64,000 nucleotides of DNA from Balanoglossus misakiensis (taxonomy: Eukaryota; Animalia; Hemichordata), in assembly GCA_040954595.2 (NCBI GenBank), contig CM082593.2:10115200-10179199 (forward strand), written 5' to 3'. How positions within the stretch are numbered: the first letter of the stretch is position 1; each line of letters starts with the position of its first letter. The notes under the pieces are model-generated. The model worked only from the letters and a program-made list of their open reading frames with translations, made no database searches and was not told the origin of the DNA. Below are positions 27,550 through 42,500 of this stretch, piece after piece. The translations under genes and the position numbers were made by a program.

Positions 27550-30500
27550 TTTTTTGATGATTTTCACCCATGGTTTTTTCAAAATTGAACGAACCCATGA
27601 TTTTTTTCAAAAATCGACGAAATTTTTAGATTTTGCAAAGTCGAAAATTTGTCATTTTTTGATGATTTCCACCCATGATTTTTTTCAAAAATCGACGAAA
27701 TTTTGAGATTTTGCAAAGTCGAAAATTTGTCATTTTTTGATGATTTTCACCCATGATTTTTTTCAAAAATCGACGAAATTTTTAGATTTTGCAAAGTCGA
27801 AAATTTGTCATTTTTTGATGATTTTCACCCATGTTTTTTTTTTCAAAAATCGACGAAATTTTGAGATTTTGCAAATTCGAAAATTTGTAATTTTTTGATG
27901 ATTTTCACCCATGTTTTTTTTTCAAAAATCAACGAACCCATGATTTTTTTTCAAAAAAGGACAAAATTTTGAGATTTTGCAAAGTCGAAAATTTGTCATT
28001 TATTAATTATTTTCACCCATGATTATTTATCAAAAATCGACAAAATTTTGAGATTTTGCAAAGTCGAAAATTTGTAATTTTTTGATGATTTTCACCCATG
28101 TTTTTTTTCAAAATTGAACGAACCCATGATTTTTTTTCAAAAATCGACGAAATTTTGAGATTTTGCAAAGACGAAACTTTGTAATTTTTTGATGATTTTC
28201 ACCCATGACTTTTTTTCAAAAATTAACGAAATTTTGAGATTTTGCAAAGTCGAAAATTTGTCATTTTTTGATGATTTTCACCCATGATTTTTTTTCAAAA
28301 ATCGACGAAATTTTGAGATTTTGCAAAGTCGAAAATTTGTCATTTTTTGATGATTTTCAACCATGATTTTTCTCAAAAATCGACGAAATTTTGAGATTTT
28401 GCAAAGTCGAAAATTTGTCATTTTTTGATGATTTTCACCCATGGTTTTTTCAAAATTGAACGAACCCATGATTTTTTTCAAAAATCGACGAAATTTTTAG
28501 ATTTTGCAAAGTCGAAAATTTGTCATTTTTTGATGATTTCCACCCATGATTTTTTTCAAAAATCGACGAAATTTTGAGATTTTGCAAAGTCGAAAATTTG
28601 TCATTTTTTGATGATTTTCACCCATGATTTTTTTCAAAAATCGACGAAATTTTTAGATTTTGCAAAGTCGAAAATTTGTCATTTTTTGATGATTTTCACC
28701 CATGTTTTTTTTTTCAAAAATCGACGAAATTTTGAGATTTTGCAAATTCGAAAATTTGTAATTTTTTGATGATTTTCACCCATGTTTTTTTTTCAAAAAT
28801 CAACGAACCCATGATTTTTTTTCAAAAAAGGACAAAATTTTGAGATTTTGCAAAGTCGAAAATTTGTCATTTATTAATTATTTTCACCCATGATTATTTA
28901 TCAAAAATCGACAAAATTTTGAGATTTTGCAAAGTCGAAAATTTGTAATTTTTTGATGATTTTCACCCATGTTTTTTTTCAAAATTGAACGAACCCATGA
29001 TTTTTTTTCAAAAATCGACGAAATTTTGAGATTTTGCAAAGACGAAACTTTGTAATTTTTTGATGATTTTCACCCATGACTTTTTTTCAAAAATTAACGA
29101 AATTTTGAGATTTTGCAAAGTCGAAAATTTGTCATTTTTTGATGATTTTCACCCATGATTTTTTTTCAAAAATCGACGAAATTTTGAGATTTTGCAAAGT
29201 CGAAAATTTGTCATTTTTTGATGATTTTCACCCATGATTTTTCTCAAAAATCGACGAAATTTTGAGATTTTGCAAAGTCGAAAATTTGTCATTTTTTGAT
29301 GATTTTCACCCATGTTTTTTTCAAAATTGAACGAACCCATGATTTTTTTCAAAAATCGACGAAATTTTGAGATTTTGCAAATTCGAAAATTTGTAATTTT
29401 TTGATGATTTTCACCCATGATTTTTTTCAAAAATCGACGAAATTTTGAGATTTTGCAAAGTCGAAAATTTGTCATTTTTTGATTATTTTCAACCATGATT
29501 TCTTTCAAAAATCAACGAACCCATGATTTTTTTTCAAAAATCGACAAAATTTTGAGATTTTGCAAAGTCGAAAATTTGTCATTTTTTGATGATTTTCACC
29601 CATGATTTTTTTTCAAAAATCGACGAAATTTTGAGATTTTGCAAAGTCGAAAATTTGTAATTTTTTGATGATTTTCACCCATGTTTTTTTTCAAAATTGA
29701 ACGAACCCATGATTTTTTTCAAAAATCGACGAAATTTTGAGATTTTGCAAAGACGAAAATTTGTAATTTTTTGATGATTTTCACCCATGACTTTTTTTCA
29801 AAAATTTACGAAATTTTGAGATTTTGCAAAGTCGAAAATTTGTCATTTTTTGATGATTTTCACCCATGATTTTTCTCAAAAATCGACGAAATTTTGAGAT
29901 TTTGGAAAGTCGAAAATTTGTCACTTTTTGATGATTTTCACCCATAATTTTTTTTCAAAAATTGACGAAATTTTGAGATTTTGCAAAGTCGAAAATTTGT
30001 CATTTATTAATGATTTTCACCCATGATTTTTTTTTCAAAAATAGACAAAATTTTGAGATTTTGCAAAGTCGAAAATTTGTAATTTTTTGATGATTTTCAC
30101 CCATGGTTTTTTCAAAATTGAACGAACCCATGATTTTTTTCAAAAATCGACGAAATTTTTAGATTTTGCAAAGTCGAAAATTTGTCATTTTTTGATGATT
30201 TCCACCCATGATTTTTTTCAAAAATCGACGAAATTTTGAGATTTTGCAAAGTCGAAAATTTGTCATTTTTTGATGATTTTCACCCATGATTTTTTTTCAA
30301 AAATCGACGAAATTTTTAGATTTTGCAAAGTCGAAAATTTGTAATTTTTTGATGATTTTTACCCATGATTTTTTTTTTCAAAAATCGACGAAATTTTGAG
30401 ATTTTGCAAAGACGAAAATTTGTAATTTTTTGATGATTTTCACCCATGACTTTTTTTCAAAAATTTACGAAATTTTGAGATTTTGCAAAGTCGAAAATTT

Positions 30501-33500
30501 GTCATTTTTTGATGATTTTCACCCATGTTTTTTTTTTCAAAAATCGACGAAATTTTGAGATTTTGCAAATTCGAAAATTTGTAATTTTTTGATGATTTTC
30601 ACCCATGTATTTTTTTCAAAAATAAACGAACCCATGATTTTTTTTCAAAAAAGGACAAAATTTTGAGATTTTGCAAAGTCGAAAATTTGTCATTTTTTGA
30701 TGATTTTCACCCATGATTTTTTTTCAAAAATCGACGAAATTTTGAGATTTTGCAAAGTCGAAAATTTGTCATTTTTTGATGATTTTCACCCATGATTTTT
30801 CTCAAAAATCGACGAAATTTTGAGATTTTGCAAAGTCGAAAATTTGTCATTTTTTGATGATTTTCACCCATGTTTTTTTCAAAATTGAACGAACCCATGA
30901 TTTTTTTCAAAAATCGACGAAATTTTGAGATTTTGCAAATTCGAAAATTTGTAATTTTTTGATGATTTTCACCCATGATTTTTTTCAAAAATCGACGAAA
31001 TTTTGAGATTTTGCAAAGTCGAAAATTTGTCATTTTTTGATTATTTTCAACCATGATTTCTTTCAAAAATCAACGAACCCATGATTTTTTTTCAAAAATC
31101 GACAAAATTTTGAGATTTTGCAAAGTCGAAAATTTGTCATTTTTTGATGATTTTCACCCATGATTTTTTTTCAAAAATCGACGAAATTTTGAGATTTTGC
31201 AAAGTCGAAAATTTGTAATTTTTTGATGATTTTCACCCATGTTTTTTTTCAAAATTGAACGAACCCATGATTTTTTTCAAAAATCGACGAAATTTTGAGA
31301 TTTTGCAAAGACGAAAATTTGTAATTTTTTGATGATTTTCACCCATGACTTTTTTTCAAAAATTTACGAAATTTTGAGATTTTGCAAAGTCGAAAATTTG
31401 TCATTTTTTGATGATTTTCACCCATGATTTTTCTCAAAAATCGACAAAATTTTGAGATTTTGGAAAGTCGAAAATTTGTCACTTTTTGATGATTTTCACC
31501 CATAATTTTTTTTCAAAAATTGACGAAATTTTGAGATTTTGCAAAGTCGAAAATTTGTCATTTATTAATGATTTTCACCCATGATTTTTTTTTCAAAAAT
31601 AGACAAAATTTTGAGATTTTGCAAAGTCGAAAATTTGTAATTTTTTGATGATTTTCACCCATGGTTTTTTCAAAATTGAACGAACCCATGATTTTTTTCA
31701 AAAATCGACGAAATTTTTAGATTTTGCAAAGTCGAAAATTTGTCATTTTTTGATGATTTCCACCCATGATTTTTTTCAAAAATCGACGAAATTTTGAGAT
31801 TTTGCAAAGTCGAAAATTTGTCATTTTTTGATGATTTTCACCCATGATTTTTTTCAAAAATCGACGAAATTTTTAGATTTTGCAAAGTCGAAAATTTGTA
31901 ATTTTTTGATGATTTTTACCCATGATTTTTTTTTTCAAAAATCGACGAAATTTTGAGATTTTGCAAAGACGAAAATTTGTAATTTTTTGATGATTTTCAC
32001 CCATGACTTTTTTTCAAAAATTTACGAAATTTTGAGATTTTGCAAAGTCGAAAATTTGTCATTTTTTGATGATTTTCACCCATGATTTTTTTTCAAAAAT
32101 CGACGAAATTTTGAGATTTTGCAAAGTCGAAAATTTGTAATTTTTTGATGATTTTCACCCATGTTTTTTTTCAAAATTGAACGAACCCATGATTTTTTTC
32201 AAAAATCGACGAAATTTTGAGATTTTGCAAAGTCGAAAATTTGTCATTTTTTGATGATTTTCACCCATGATTTTTTTCAAAAATCGACAAAATTTTTAGA
32301 TTTTGCAAAGTCGAAAATTTGTCATTTTTTGATTATTTTCACCCATGATTTTTTTCAAAAATCGACAAAATTTTTAGATTTTGCAAAGTCGAAAATTTGT
32401 CATTTTTTGATGATTTTCACCATTTTTTTTTTAAAAATCGACGAAATTTTGAGATTTTGCAAAGACTTAAATTTGTCATTTTTTGATGATTTTCACCCAT
32501 GTTTTTTTTCAAAAATCAACGAACCCATGATTTTTTTTCAAAAAAGGACAAAATTTTGAGATTTTGCAAAGTCGAAAATTTGTAATTTTTTGATGATTTT
32601 CACCCATGTTTTTTTTCAAAATTGAACGAACCCATGATTTTTTTCAAAAATCGACGAAATTTTGAGATTTTGCAAAGACGAAAATTTGTAATTTTTTGAT
32701 GATTTTCACCCATGACTTTTTTTCAAAAATTTACGAAATTTTGAGATTTTGCAAAGTCGAAAATTTGTCATTTTTTGATGATTTTCACCCATGATTTTTC
32801 TCAAAAATCGACGAAATTTTGAGATTTTGGAAAGTCGAAAATTTGTCACTTTTTGATGATTTTCACCCATGATTTTTTTTCAAAAATTGACGAAATTTTG
32901 AGATTTTGCAAAGTCGAAAATTTGTCATTTATTAATGATTTTCACCCATGATTTTTTTTTCAAAAATAGACAAAATTTTGAGATTTTGCAAAGTCGAAAA
33001 TTTGTAATTTTTTGATGATTTTCACCCATGTTTTTTTCAAAATTGAACGAACCCATGATTTTTTTCAAAAATCGACGAAATTTTGAGATTTTGCAAAGAC
33101 GAAAATTTGTAATTTTTTGATGATTTTCACCCATGACTTTTTTTCAAAAATTTACGAAATTTTGAGATTTTGCAAAGTCGAAAATTTGTCATTTTTTGAT
33201 GATTTTCACCCATGTTTTTTTTTCAAAAATCGACGAAATTTTGAGATTTTGCAAATTCGAAAATTTGTAATTTTTTGATGATTTTCACCCATGTTTTTTT
33301 TCAAAAATCAACGAACCCATGATTTTTTTTCAAAAATCGACAAAATTTTGAGATTTTGCAAAGTCGAAAATTTGTAATTTTTTGATGATTTTCACCCATG
33401 TTTTTTTTCAAAACTGAACGAACCCATGATTTTTTTCAAAAATCGACGAAATTTTGAGATTTTGCAAAGTCGAAAATTTGTCATTTTTTGATGATTTTCA

Positions 33501-36500
33501 CCCATGATTTTTTTCAAAAATCGACAAAATTTTTAGATTTTGCAAAGTCGAAAATTTGTCATTTTTTGATTATTTTCACCCATGATTTTTTTCAAAAATC
33601 GACAAAATTTTTAGATTTTGCAAAGTCGAAAATTTGTCATTTTTTGATGATTTTCACCATGATTTTTTTTTTAAAAATCGACGAAATTTTGAGATTTTGC
33701 AAAGACGAAAATTTGTCATTTTTTGATGATTTTCACCCATGATTTTTTTTCAAAAATGTACGAAATTTTGAGATTTTGCAAAGTCGAAAATTTGTCATTT
33801 TTTGATGATTTTCACCCATGATTTTTTTCAAAAATCGACAAAATTTTGAGATTTTGCAAAGACGAAAATTTGTCATTTTTTGATGATTTTCACCCATGAT
33901 TTTTTTCAAAAGTCGACGAAATTTTGAGATTTTGCAAAGACAAAAATTTTTCATTTTTTGATGATTTTCACCCGTGATTTTTTTCCAAAATCGACAAAAT
34001 TTTGAGATTTTGCAAAGTCGAAAATTTGACATTTTTTGATGATTTTCACCCATGTTTTTTTTCAAAAATCAACGAACCCATGATTTTTTTTCAAAAATCG
34101 ACGAAATTTAGAGATTTTGCAAAGTCGAAAATTTGTCATTTCTTAATGATTTTCACCCATGTTTTTTTTTCAAAAATCGACAAAATTTTGAGATTTTGCA
34201 AAGTCGAAAATTTGTAATTTTTTGATGATTTTCACCAATGTTTTTTTTTAAAAATCAACGAACCCATGATTTTTTTCAAAAATTGACAACATTTTGAGAT
34301 TTTGCAAAGTCGAAAATTTGTCATTTTTTGATGATTTTCACCCATGATTTTTTTCAAAAATCTACGAAATTTTGAGATTTTGCAAAGTCGAAAATTTGTC
34401 ATTTTTTGATGATTTTCACCAATGATTTTTTTCAAAAATCGACGAAATTTTGAGATTTTGCAAAGTCGAAAATTTGTCATTTTTTGATGATTTTCACCCA
34501 TGATTTTTTTCAAAAATCGACGAAATTTTTAGATTTTGCAAAGTCGAAAATTTGTAATTTTTTGATGATTTTTACCCATGATTTTTTTTTTCAAAAATCG
34601 ACGAAATTTTGAGATTTTGCAAAGACGAAAATTTGTAATTTTTTGATGATTTTCACCCATGACTTTTTTTCAAAAATTTACGAAATTTTGAGATTTTGCA
34701 AAGTCGAAAATTTGTCATTTTTTGATGATTTTCACCCATGATTTTTTTTCAAAAATCGACGAAATTTTGAGATTTTGCAAAGTCGAAAATTTGTAATTTT
34801 TTGATGATTTTCACCCATGTTTTTTTTCAAAATTGAACGAACCCATGATTTTTTTCAAAAATCGACGAAATTTTGAGATTTTGCAAAGTCGAAAATTTGT
34901 CATTTTTTGATGATTTTCACCCATGATTTTTTTCAAAAATCGACAAAATTTTTAGATTTTGCAAAGTCGAAAATTTGTCATTTTTTGATTATTTTCACCC
35001 ATGATTTTTTTCAAAAATCGACAAAATTTTTAGATTTTGCAAAGTCGAAAATTTGTCATTTTTTGATGATTTTCACCATTTTTTTTTTAAAAATCGACGA
35101 AATTTTGAGATTTTGCAAAGACTTAAATTTGTCATTTTTTGATGATTTTCACCCATGTTTTTTTTCAAAAATCAACGAACCCATGATTTTTTTTCAAAAA
35201 AGGACAAAATTTTGAGATTTTGCAAAGTCGAAAATTTGTAATTTTTTGATGATTTTCACCCATGTTTTTTTTCAAAATTGAACGAACCCATGATTTTTTT
35301 CAAAAATCGACGAAATTTTGAGATTTTGCAAAGACGAAAATTTGTAATTTTTTGATGATTTTCACCCATGACTTTTTTTCAAAAATTTACGAAATTTTGA
35401 GATTTTGCAAAGTCGAAAATTTGTCATTTTTTGATGATTTTCACCCATGATTTTTCTCAAAAATCGACGAAATTTTGAGATTTTGGAAAGTCGAAAATTT
35501 GTCACTTTTTGATGATTTTCACCCATGATTTTTTTTCAAAAATTGACGAAATTTTGAGATTTTGCAAAGTCGAAAATTTGTCATTTATTAATGATTTTCA
35601 CCCATGATTTTTTTTTCAAAAATAGACAAAATTTTGAGATTTTGCAAAGTCGAAAATTTGTAATTTTTTGATGATTTTCACCCATGTTTTTTTCAAAATT
35701 GAACGAACCCATGATTTTTTTCAAAAATCGACGAAATTTTGAGATTTTGCAAAGACGAAAATTTGTAATTTTTTGATGATTTTCACCCATGACTTTTTTT
35801 CAAAAATTTACGAAATTTTGAGATTTTGCAAAGTCGAAAATTTGTCATTTTTTGATGATTTTCACCCATGTTTTTTTTTCAAAAATCGACGAAATTTTGA
35901 GATTTTGCAAATTCGAAAATTTGTAATTTTTTGATGATTTTCACCCATGTTTTTTTTCAAAAATCAACGAACCCATGATTTTTTTTCAAAAATCGACAAA
36001 ATTTTGAGATTTTGCAAAGTCGAAAATTTGTAATTTTTTGATGATTTTCACCCATGTTTTTTTTCAAAACTGAACGAACCCATGATTTTTTTCAAAAATC
36101 GACGAAATTTTGAGATTTTGCAAAGTCGAAAATTTGTCATTTTTTGATGATTTTCACCCATGATTTTTTTCAAAAATCGACAAAATTTTTAGATTTTGCA
36201 AAGTCGAAAATTTGTCATTTTTTGATTATTTTCACCCATGATTTTTTTCAAAAATCGACAAAATTTTTAGATTTTGCAAAGTCGAAAATTTGTCATTTTT
36301 TGATGATTTTCACCATGATTTTTTTTTTAAAAATCGACGAAATTTTGAGATTTTGCAAAGACGAAAATTTGTCATTTTTTGATGATTTTCACCCATGATT
36401 TTTTTTCAAAAATGTACGAAATTTTGAGATTTTGCAAAGTCGAAAATTTGTCATTTTTTGATGATTTTCACCCATGATTTTTTTCAAAAATCGACAAAAT

Positions 36501-39500
36501 TTTGAGATTTTGCAAAGACGAAAATTTGTCATTTTTTGATGATTTTCACCCATGATTTTTTTCAAAAGTCGACGAAATTTTGAGATTTTGCAAAGACAAA
36601 AATTTTTCATTTTTTGATGATTTTCACCCGTGATTTTTTTCCAAAATCGACAAAATTTTGAGATTTTGCAAAGTCGAAAATTTGACATTTTTTGATGATT
36701 TTCACCCATGTTTTTTTTCAAAAATCAACGAACCCATGATTTTTTTTCAAAAATCGACGAAATTTAGAGATTTTGCAAAGTCGAAAATTTGTCATTTCTT
36801 AATGATTTTCACCCATGTTTTTTTTTCAAAAATCGACAAAATTTTGAGATTTTGCAAAGTCGAAAATTTGTAATTTTTTGATGATTTTCACCAATGTTTT
36901 TTTTTAAAAATCAACGAACCCATGATTTTTTTCAAAAATTGACAACATTTTGAGATTTTGCAAAGTCGAAAATTTGTCATTTTTTGATGATTTTCACCCA
37001 TGATTTTTTTCAAAAATCTACGAAATTTTGAGATTTTGCAAAGTCGAAAATTTGTCATTTTTTGATGATTTTCACCAATGATTTTTTTCAAAAATCGACG
37101 AAATTTTGAGATTTTGCAAATTCGAAAATTTGTAATTTTTTGATGATTTTCACCCATGTTTTTTTTCAAAAATCAACGAACCCATGATTTTTTTTCAAAA
37201 ATCGACGAAATTTTGAGATTTTGCAAAGACGAAAATTTGTAATTTTTTGATGATTTTCACCCATGACTTTTTTTCAAAAATTTACGAAATTTTGAGATTT
37301 TGCAAAGTCGAAAATTTGTCATTTTTTGATGATTTTCACCCATGATTTTTCTCAAAAATCGACGAAATTTTGAGATTTTGGAAAGTCGAAAATTTGTCAT
37401 TTTTTGATGATTTTCACCCATGATTTTTTTTCAAAAATTGACGAAATTTTGAGATTTTGCAAAGTCGAAAATTTGTAATTTTTTGATGATTTTCACCCAT
37501 GTTTTTTTCAAAATTGAACGAACCCATGATTTTTTTCAAAAATCGACGAAATTTTTAGATTTTGCAAAGTCGAAAATTTGTCATTTTTTGATGATTTTCA
37601 CCCATGATTTTTTTCAAAAATCGACGAAATTTTGAGATTTTGCAAAGTCGAAAATTTGTCATTTTTTGATGATTTTCACCCATGTTTTTTTTTCAAAAAT
37701 CGACAAAATTTTGAGATTTTGCAAAGTCGAAAATTTGTAATTTTTTGATGATTTTCACCAATGTTTTTTTTAAAAATCAACGAACCCATGATTTTTTTCA
37801 AAAATTGACAACATTTTGAGATTTTGCAAAGTCGAAAATTTGTCATTTTTTGATGATTTTCACCCATGATTTTTTTCAAAAATCTACGAAATTTTGAGAT
37901 TTTGCAAAGTCGAAAATTTGTCATTTTTTGATGATTTTCACCCATGATTTTTTTCAAAAATCGACGAAATTTTGAGATTTTGCAAATTCGAAAATTTGTA
38001 ATTTTTTGATGATTTTCACCCATGTTTTTTTTCAAAAATCAACGAACCCATGATTTTTTTTCAAAAATCGACGAAATTTTGAGATTTTGCAAAGACGAAA
38101 ATTTGTAATTTTTTGATGATTTTCACCCATGACTTTTTTTCAAAAATTTACGAAATTTTGAGATTTTGCAAAGTCGAAAATTTGTCATTTTTTGATGATT
38201 TTCACCCATGATTTTTCTCAAAAAAAGACGAAATTTTGAGATTTTGGAAAGTCGAAAATTTGTCATTTTTTGATGATTTTCACCCATGATTTTTTTTCAA
38301 AAATTGACGAAATTTTGAGATTTTGCAAAGTCGAAAATTTGTAATTTTTTGATGATTTTCACCCATGTTTTTTTCAAAATTGAACGAACCCATGATTTTT
38401 TTCAAAAATCGACGAAATTTTTAGATTTTGCAAAGTCGAAAATTTGTCATTTTTTGATGATTTTCACCCATGATTTTTTTCAAAAATCGACGAAATTTTG
38501 AGATTTTGCAAAGTCGAAAATTTGTCATTTTTTGATGATTTTCACCCAAGACTTTTTTTTCAAAAATTTACGAAATTTTGAGATTTTGCAAAGTCGAAAA
38601 TTTGTCATTTTTTGATGATTTTCACCCATGTTTTTTTTTTCAAAAATCGACGAAATTTTGAGATTTTGCCAATTCGAAAATTTGTAATTTTTTGATGATT
38701 TTCACCCATGTTTTTTTTCAAAAATCAACGAACCCATGATTTTTTTTCAAAAGAGGACAAAATTTTGAGATTTTGCAAAGTCGAAAATTTGTCATTTTTT
38801 GATGATTTTCACCCATGATTTTTTTCAAAAATCGACGAAATTTTGAGATTTTGCAAAGTCGAAAATTTGTAATTTTTTGATGATTTTCACCTATGTTTTT
38901 TTTCAAAATTGAACGAACCCATGATTTTTTTCAAAAATCTACGAAATTTTGAGATTTTGCAAAGTCGAAAATTTGTCATTTTTTGATGATTTTCACCCAT
39001 GATTTTTTTCAAAAATCGACGAAATTTTGAGATTTTGCAAATTCGAAAATTTGTAATTTTTTGATGATTTTCACCCATGTTTTTTTTCAAAAATCAACGA
39101 ACCCATGATTTTTTTTTCAAAAATCGACGAAATTTTGAGATTTTGCAAAGACGAAAATTTGTAATTTTTTGATGATTTTCACCCATGACTTTTTTTCAAA
39201 AATTTACGAAATTTTGAGATTTTGCAAAGTCGAAAATTTGTCATTTTTTGATGATTTTCACCCATGATTTTTCTCATAAAAAGACGAAATTTTGAGATTT
39301 TGGAAAGTCGAAAATTTGTCATTTTTTGATGATTTTCACCCATGATTTTTTTCAAAAATCAACGAACCCATGATTTTTTTTCAAAAATCGACGAAATTTA
39401 GAGATTTTGCAAAGTCGAAAATTTGTCATTTCTTAATGATTTTCACCCATGTTTTTTTTTCAAAAATCGACAAAATTTTGAGATTTTGCAAAGTCGAAAA

Positions 39501-42500
39501 TTTGTAATTTTTTGATGATTTTCACCAATGTTTTTTTTTAAAAATCCACGAACCCATGATTTTTTTCAAAAATTGACAACATTTTGAGATTTTGCAAAGT
39601 CGAAAATTTGTCATTTTTTGATGATTTTCACCCATGATTTTTTTCAAAAATCTACGAAATTTTGAGATTTTGCAAAGTCGAAAATTTGTCATTTTTTGAT
39701 GATTTTCACCCATGATTTTTTTCAAAAATCGACGAAATTTTGAGATTTTGCAAATTCGAAAATTTGTAATTTTTTGATGATTTTCACCCATGTTTTTTTT
39801 CAAAAATCAACGAACCCATGATTTTTTTTCAAAAATCGACGAAATTTTGAGATTTTGCAAAGACGAAAATTTGTAATTTTTTGATGATTTTCACCCATGA
39901 CTTTTTTTCAAAAATTTACGAAATTTTGAGATTTTGCAAAGTCGAAAATTTGTCATTTTTTGATGATTTTCACCCATGATTTTTCTCAAAAATCGACGAA
40001 ATTTTGAGATTTTGGAAAGTCGAAAATTTGTCATTTTTTGATGATTTTCACCCATGATTTTTTTTCAAAAATTGACGAAATTTTGAGATTTTGCAAAGTC
40101 GAAAATTTGTAATTTTTTGATGATTTTCACCCATGTTTTTTTCAAAATTGAACGAACCCATGATTTTTTTCAAAAATCGACGAAATTTTTAGATTTTGCA
40201 AAGTCGAAAATTTGTCATTTTTTGATGATTTTCACCCATGATTTTTTTCAAAAATCGACGAAATTTTGAGATTTTGCAAAGTCGAAAATTTGTCATTTTT
40301 TGATGATTTTCACCCATGTTTTTTTTTCAAAAATCGACAAAATTTTGAGATTTTGCAAAGTCGAAAATTTGTAATTTTTTGATGATTTTCACCAATGTTT
40401 TTTTTAAAAATCAACGAACCCATGATTTTTTTCAAAAATTGACAACATTTTGAGATTTTGCAAAGTCGAAAATTTGTCATTTTTTGATGATTTTCACCCA
40501 TGATTTTTTTCAAAAATCTACGAAATTTTGAGATTTTGCAAAGTCGAAAATTTGTCATTTTTTGATGATTTTCACCCATGATTTTTTTCAAAAATCGACG
40601 AAATTTTGAGATTTTGCAAATTCGAAAATTTGTAATTTTTTGATGATTTTCACCCATGTTTTTTTTCAAAAATCAACGAACCCATGATTTTTTTTCAAAA
40701 ATCGACGAAATTTTGAGATTTTGCAAAGACGAAAATTTGTAATTTTTTGATGATTTTCACCCATGACTTTTTTTCAAAAATTTACGAAATTTTGAGATTT
40801 TGCAAAGTCGAAAATTTGTCATTTTTTGATGATTTTCACCCATGATTTTTCTCAAAAAAAGACGAAATTTTGAGATTTTGGAAAGTCGAAAATTTGTCAT
40901 TTTTTGATGATTTTCACCCATGATTTTTTTTCAAAAATTGACGAAATTTTGAGATTTTGCAAAGTCGAAAATTTGTAATTTTTTGATGATTTTCACCCAT
41001 GTTTTTTTCAAAATTGAACGAACCCATGATTTTTTTCAAAAATCGACGAAATTTTTAGATTTTGCAAAGTCGAAAATTTGTCATTTTTTGATGATTTTCA
41101 CCCATGATTTTTTTCAAAAATCGACGAAATTTTGAGATTTTGCAAAGTCGAAAATTTGTCATTTTTTGATGATTTTCACCCATGTTTTTTTTTCAAAAAT
41201 CGACAAAATTTTGAGATTTTGCAAAGTCGAAAATTTGTAATTTTTTGATGATTTTCACCAATGTTTTTTTTTAAAAATCAACGAACCCATGATTTTTTTC
41301 AAAAATTGACAACATTTTGAGATTTTGCAAAGTCGAAAATTTGTCATCTTTTGATGATTTTCACCCATGATTTTTTTCAAAAATCTACGAAATTTTGAGA
41401 TTTTGCAAAGTCGAAAATTTGTCATTTTTTGATGATTTTCACCCATGATTTTTCTCAAAAATCGACGAAATTTTGAGATTTTGGAAAGTCGAAAATTTGT
41501 CATTTTTTGATGATTTTCACCCATGATTTTTTTTCAAAAATTGACGAAATTTTGAGATTTTGCAAAGTCGAAAATTTGTAATTTTTTGATGATTTTCACC
41601 CATGTTTTTTTCAAAATTGAACGAACCCATGATTTTTTTCAAAAATCGACGAAATTTTTAGATTTTGCAAAGTCGAAAATTTGTCATTTTTTGATGATTT
41701 TCACCCATGATTTTTTTCAAAAATCGACGAAATTTTGAGATTTTGCAAAGTCGAAAATTTGTCATTTTTTGATGATTTTCACCCAAGACTTTTTTTTCAA
41801 AAATTTACGAAATTTTGAGATTTTGCAAAGTCGAAAATTTGTCATTTTTTGATGATTTTCACCCATGTTTTTTTTTTCAAAAATCGACGAAATTTTGAGA
41901 TTTTGCCAATTCGAAAATTTGTAATTTTTTGATGATTTTCACCCATGTTTTTTTTCAAAAATCAACGAACCCATGATTTTTTTTCAAAAGAGGACAAAAT
42001 TTTGAGATTTTGCAAAGTCGAAAATTTGTCATTTTTTGATGATTTTCACCCATGATTTTTTTCAAAAATCGACGAAATTTTGAGATTTTGCAAAGTCGAA
42101 AATTTGTAATTTTTTGATGATTTTCACCCATGTTTTTTTTCAAAATTGAACGAACCCATGATTTTTTTCAAAAATCTACGAAATTTTGAGATTTTGCAAA
42201 GTCGAAAATTTGTCATTTTTTGATGATTTTCACCCATGATTTTTTTCAAAAATCGACGAAATTTTGAGATTTTGCAAATTCGAAAATTTGTAATTTTTTG
42301 ATGATTTTCACCCATGTTTTTTTTCAAAAATCAACGAACCCATGATTTTTTTTTCAAAAATCGACGAAATTTTGAGATTTTGCAAAGACGAAAATTTGTA
42401 ATTTTTTGATGATTTTCACCCATGACTTTTTTTCAAAAATTTACGAAATTTTGAGATTTTGCAAAGTCGAAAATTTGTCATTTTTTGATGATTTTCACCC